Below, in pieces: positions 29,574-33,329 of a stretch of 33,329 bases of DNA. Position numbers and translations under genes: made by a program. The DNA lies in NCBI GenBank assembly GCA_005889445.1, contig VBGS01000049.1, positions 1 through 33,329 of the forward strand. Direction: 5' to 3'. The notes below the pieces were generated by a model that saw only the letters and a list, made by a program, of their open reading frames with translations, searched no databases and was not told where the DNA came from. Numbering within the stretch: position 1 is the first letter of the stretch; each line of letters begins with the position of its first letter. The DNA is from Chloroflexota bacterium (lineage in GTDB: Bacteria > Chloroflexota > Limnocylindria > P2-11E).

Positions 29574-30652
29574 CCACATCGGAACCCATCCGCTCGACCG
29601 TCGTCGACGTCGATCTCGACGCCATCACCGAGAACATCGCGGCGCTGCGCGCCCGCGCGAAGGCCGAGGTGATCGCCGTGGTCGAGGGCGTCGTCCTGCG
29701 CGAAGCCGGAGTGAGCGGCCCGATCCTGATCTTCTATGGCCCGACCGACCCCTCCGAGCTCGCGCACGCCGTCGCTCAGGATCTGGTTCTGGTCATCTGG
29801 GACGAGCAGCGCGCCCGCGCGCTGAGCCAGACGGCGACCGCGCTCGGGCGTACCGCGCGGATCCACTTCAAGGTGGACACGGGGCTCACCCGACTTGGCT
29901 CGCCGCTCGACGAGGCGCGCGCCCGCTACCGCGCGATCCGCGCCCTGCCGCGGATCGAGGTCGACGGGATCTTCACGCACTTCGCGACCGCGGACAGTCC
30001 CGACCCTTCCTTCGCGCGCACGCAGATCGCGCGCTTCCGCGAGGTGCTGAGCTCGCTCGATGAGCTGCCTCGACTCGTGCACGCGTCGGCGAGCGCGGGC
30101 GTCGCCGCGTTCGGCGAGGTCGACGGAACGAACGCGGTGCGTCCAGGCCTCGCGGTGTATGGCCTGCACGCGGCGCCGCACCTGGCGTCGGCGATGCCGC
30201 TTCGCCCGGCCCTTCACTGGCAGTCGCGCATCCACCGGATCGCGGCCGTCCCGAAGGGCACCGGCGTGTCGTACGGGCACGAGTACCGGTTGCCTCGGGA
30301 TGGCCGGATCGCCACGGTCCCCGTCGGCTACGGCGACGGGTTGCCGCGCATCGCCGGCAAGAGCGCGACGGTGGTGGTTCGCGGCCGGCGGGTCGGTTTC
30401 GCTGGACGGGTCTGCATGGACCTGGTCATGCTCGACGTGACCGAGGTCGACGGCGCGCGTGAGGGCGATGAGGTCGTGCTCATCGGATCGCAGAACGGAG
30501 CTGCCCAGACGGCCGAGGAGCTGGCCGCGGCGTGCGGAACGATCAGCCACGAGATCGTCACGGGCATCCGTCGGCGTGTCCCTCGCCGCTATTTCCGCGG
30601 GGGACAGCTCGTCGCGACGCGCACCTTGCAGGGAGGGCATCGCTCTCGATGA
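29570..30652 (+). CDS. alr: Alanine racemase; PLP-lysine segment missing in this sequence
   Basis: VDLDAITEN, HFKVDTGLTRLG, FTHFATAD, VRPG, GVSYG, PVGYGDG, GRVCMD; lacks K-A-[DN]-A-Y-G-H-G. Confidence 0.92.
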   Translation: MTTSEPIRSTVVDVDLDAITENIAALRARAKAEVIAVVEGVVLREAGVSGPILIFYGPTDPSELAHAVAQDLVLVIWDEQRARALSQTATALGRTARIHFKVDTGLTRLGSPLDEARARYRAIRALPRIEVDGIFTHFATADSPDPSFARTQIARFREVLSSLDELPRLVHASASAGVAAFGEVDGTNAVRPGLAVYGLHAAPHLASAMPLRPALHWQSRIHRIAAVPKGTGVSYGHEYRLPRDGRIATVPVGYGDGLPRIAGKSATVVVRGRRVGFAGRVCMDLVMLDVTEVDGAREGDEVVLIGSQNGAAQTAEELAAACGTISHEIVTGIRRRVPRRYFRGGQLVATRTLQGGHRSR

Positions 30653-32586
30653 GGCGCCAGTGGGCGACCCTGCTCCTCGCGGCCGCCTGCCTCGCGACCG
30701 CGTGCGTTCCTGGCGTCACGCGCGACAGCCCGGAGCCGTCGACCGAGCCGGCTTCGAGCTACGTCCCGAGCACGCCGACTCCGCTTTCGTCTTCCGCCCT
30801 GACCACGCTCGACATGACCGCCGCGCTCCTTGCCAAGTCGATCCCGTATGCGGACGGATTCGCGCTGACGCGCGCGGTGCGTGGACGAGACGGCGTGCCC
30901 GCCAAGGGGTTCGAGCCGGTGCGGACGACGCCACCGGCGGAGGACGTCGGGAGCACGCACGACTTCTGGACGTACGACTTCGCGGCGAAACGGAACGTGA
31001 AGACGAAGGCGACGCTTCGCCTCATGACCGACCACGCGAAGTGGTGGACCGCGAACGACACGAGCGTCGATCTGACGAGCCTTAGGCAGACCGCGAACAC
31101 GTTCGAGTCGAAGACCTACCCGACGGACCGCGGCTTCTTCGGCTCGGAGTGGTCTCCAGGGATCGACGGCGATCCGCGGATCAATCTCGTCTTCGCGCGC
31201 CTGCCGGGTTCGGCGGCCGGGTACTTCAGCGGCGCCGACGAAGAGCCCGCGTGGGTCAACGAGTTCTCCGCCGAGCGCGAGATGATCTACGTCAACACGC
31301 TGGCGGCGCGCATCGGGTCCGCGGAGCTCGAGCGCATCATCGCGCACGAGTTCTGCCACATGATCCAGTTCAACACGCGCCGGCGATCGGCGGTGTGGTT
31401 CAACGAGGGCCAGGCGGTCCTCTGCGAGAAGCTCAACGGGTTCGTTCCGACCGACGGGGAGGCCTACCTTCGCGTTCCCGATATCCAGCTGAATGACTGG
31501 ACCGACCTCGACACGGCCAGACCGCACTACGGTGAGGCGTTCCTGTTCCTCGAGTTCCTGCGCCAGCACGCCGGCGGCGAGGACCTCATCAAGGCGCTCA
31601 TGCTGAAGGGGATCGACGGGCCGGAGGACATCGACGCGGTGCTGCGCTCGCGGGGCCAGCCGGGCGTGGAACAGCAGTACGCGGACTTCGTCGCGGCGAA
31701 CGCGCTCATCGGCACCAACGCAGAGTCCGCCTATGCGTACCCCCAGGGAAGTCCCGCCCGTCAGGCCGCGAGTGTCGTCGTCGGCGACGCCGTCGCCGCG
31801 GGCGGGACGTTCCGGTCGACCGTCCACGAGTACGCGGCGCGGTACGTCGAGCTCCCAAAGGGCGCGGTCCGCCTGACGTTCGATGGTGCGACGACCGATC
31901 GTCTGATCCCCACCGAGCCGCATTCGGGCAAGACGTTCTGGTGGTCTGACAAGGGCGACGGGATGGACAGCAACCTCACGAGGACCATCGACCTGCGCTC
32001 GGCGACCGATCCGAAGCTGGGATTCTGGACGTGGTTCGAGATGGAGGCCGACTACGACTACGGGTACGTCGAGGTGTCGACCGACGGCGGGACCCGCTGG
32101 ACCCCGCTGCTGACCGAGTCGTCATCGACGGACGACCCCAACGGCCAGAACCTGGGCAACGGCATCACCGGCGGCTCCGGGGGAGCGACCGCCACGGGAT
32201 GGCGCCATCTCAGCGCCGATCTCTCGCCATACGCGGGCAAGGAGGTCCAGCTGCGGTTCCAGTACGTGACCGACGGAAACCTGAACCTCGGCGGATGGGC
32301 GATCGACGATATCGAGATCCCGGGCCAACCCATGGACGACGCGGAGAGCGACAACGGCTGGTCGACCTCGGGATTCATCCGGTCGACGAACGTGGTCTCG
32401 CAGCGATACCTGCTGCAGGTGGTGCGGATGGGAGCTCACCCAAGCGTCGAGCAGCGTGCGGTCGATGGGGGGAAGCTGGTGTGGGACCTCGACGCCATGA
32501 GCGACCGGCGCCTTCTCGCGGTGACCGGGTTCGCCGTGCGCACGACCCAGCCGACCAGCTTCGTCATCGCGGCCGAGGGTCGATGA
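30649..32586 (+). CDS. Predicted lipoprotein zinc metalloprotease with immune-inhibitor-A-like C-terminal beta domain
   Basis: ATG 30649 overlaps alr stop; signal MRRQWATLLLAAACLATA-C; HEFCH followed by WFNEG; DYDYGYVEVSTDGG...LRFQYVTD...GWAIDDI. Confidence 0.8.
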   Translation: MRRQWATLLLAAACLATACVPGVTRDSPEPSTEPASSYVPSTPTPLSSSALTTLDMTAALLAKSIPYADGFALTRAVRGRDGVPAKGFEPVRTTPPAEDVGSTHDFWTYDFAAKRNVKTKATLRLMTDHAKWWTANDTSVDLTSLRQTANTFESKTYPTDRGFFGSEWSPGIDGDPRINLVFARLPGSAAGYFSGADEEPAWVNEFSAEREMIYVNTLAARIGSAELERIIAHEFCHMIQFNTRRRSAVWFNEGQAVLCEKLNGFVPTDGEAYLRVPDIQLNDWTDLDTARPHYGEAFLFLEFLRQHAGGEDLIKALMLKGIDGPEDIDAVLRSRGQPGVEQQYADFVAANALIGTNAESAYAYPQGSPARQAASVVVGDAVAAGGTFRSTVHEYAARYVELPKGAVRLTFDGATTDRLIPTEPHSGKTFWWSDKGDGMDSNLTRTIDLRSATDPKLGFWTWFEMEADYDYGYVEVSTDGGTRWTPLLTESSSTDDPNGQNLGNGITGGSGGATATGWRHLSADLSPYAGKEVQLRFQYVTDGNLNLGGWAIDDIEIPGQPMDDAESDNGWSTSGFIRSTNVVSQRYLLQVVRMGAHPSVEQRAVDGGKLVWDLDAMSDRRLLAVTGFAVRTTQPTSFVIAAEGR

Positions 32587-33329
32587 CCGAAGGCGTCATC
32601 CCGGTCCGGCACGGCGTCATCCCCGCGGCCGGCCTCGGGACCCGGTTCCTTCCGATCAGCCGAACAGTCCCGAAGGAGCTCCTGCCCCTGGTCGACACGC
32701 CCGTGATCGAGATCGTGGTGACGGAGATGACCGCCGCGGGCATCGAACAGATCGTGATCGTGAGCGCGCCCGGTAAGGAGGCTGTCGAGGCCTACTTCAG
32801 GCCGAACGAGCGTCTCGAACGCCGGCTCGCCGTCGAGTTCCGAGAGCAGGACCTCGCGCTGCTGAAGCGTCCGCAGAGCCTGGCAAACATCAGCGTGGTG
32901 GTGCAGCAGGAACCGCGGGGCAACGGCGACGCCGTGCTTCAGGCCCGCGGGCTGGTCGGAGAGCGCCCCTTCGTGATGCTGTGGGGCGACGACATCGTGA
33001 TCGGCGACGACTCGGCGGCCGCGCAGCTGCTACAGGCGCGCGAGCGCCTGGGTGGGGGGAGCGTCGTCGCCTCAACGAGGATCGGGAAGGCGGACACGGG
33101 CGCCTACGGGATCATCGCGGGCACCCCCGTCGATGAGCGAACGCAGCGCGTTCTGGCGATCATCGAGAAGCCGCGGCCCGAAGATGCGCCAAGCGATCTC
33201 GCCGCGGTCCACGGCTACGTCCTCGAGCCCGAGGTCTTCGAGGTGCTCGCCCGCATGAAGCCAGGCCGCGGCGGAGAGATCTGGCTGAGCGACGCCGTCA
33301 GCGCGATGGCCCGCGTGGGCTCGCCGGTC
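32583..33329 (+). CDS. galU: UTP-glucose-1-phosphate uridylyltransferase-like protein, 3'-truncated by window edge; not in the ORF track
   Basis: Hand translation: VIPAAGLGTRFLP, PKELLPLVDTP, QQEPRGNGDAV, GDD, IEKP, GGEIWLSDA; frame open to 33329. Confidence 0.88.
   Translation, partial: MTEGVIPVRHGVIPAAGLGTRFLPISRTVPKELLPLVDTPVIEIVVTEMTAAGIEQIVIVSAPGKEAVEAYFRPNERLERRLAVEFREQDLALLKRPQSLANISVVVQQEPRGNGDAVLQARGLVGERPFVMLWGDDIVIGDDSAAAQLLQARERLGGGSVVASTRIGKADTGAYGIIAGTPVDERTQRVLAIIEKPRPEDAPSDLAAVHGYVLEPEVFEVLARMKPGRGGEIWLSDAVSAMARVGSPV

Noticed and set aside
32592-32623. Direct repeat GGCGTCATCCC twice at the start of galU
   Set aside because: An 11-nt repeat encoding GVIP twice; the frame is intact and no function is evident.

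Overview
High-GC bacterial chromosome segment in which every supportable gene lies on the + strand, mostly with overlapping or abutting start/stop codons. Bases 1-21694 hold the complete ribosomal superoperon: str (partial rpsL, rpsG, fusA, tuf), S10, spc (to secY, adk, map), alpha (infA, rpmJ, rpsM, rpsK, rpsD, rpoA, rplQ), then truA, rplM and rpsI. It continues into a TPR-like unknown gene, cdaA, cdaR, glmM, glmS, a ~200-nt structured spacer with a small ORF, acpS, nnrD, alr, an HExxH metalloprotease lipoprotein and a partial galU. Gene order and protein features suggest a Terrabacterium, probably Chloroflexota-like (inference). No tRNA, rRNA, CRISPR or transposase was seen. Points of interest: (1) four ~75-120 nt internal deletions in rplB, rplF, glmS and alr, most likely assembly artefacts; (2) a rod-like, possibly switchable inverted-repeat RNA with a coupling ORF between glmS and acpS; (3) an anti-Shine-Dalgarno hairpin over the rplV ribosome binding site; (4) long Ala/Lys/Pro-rich tails on many ribosomal proteins; (5) substitutions in conserved loops of uS12, EF-G, uL22 and uL14; (6) a TPR-like protein coupled to the c-di-AMP synthase operon; (7) candidate ACG and CTG start codons. 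All family assignments come from motif recognition by eye; no searches were run.
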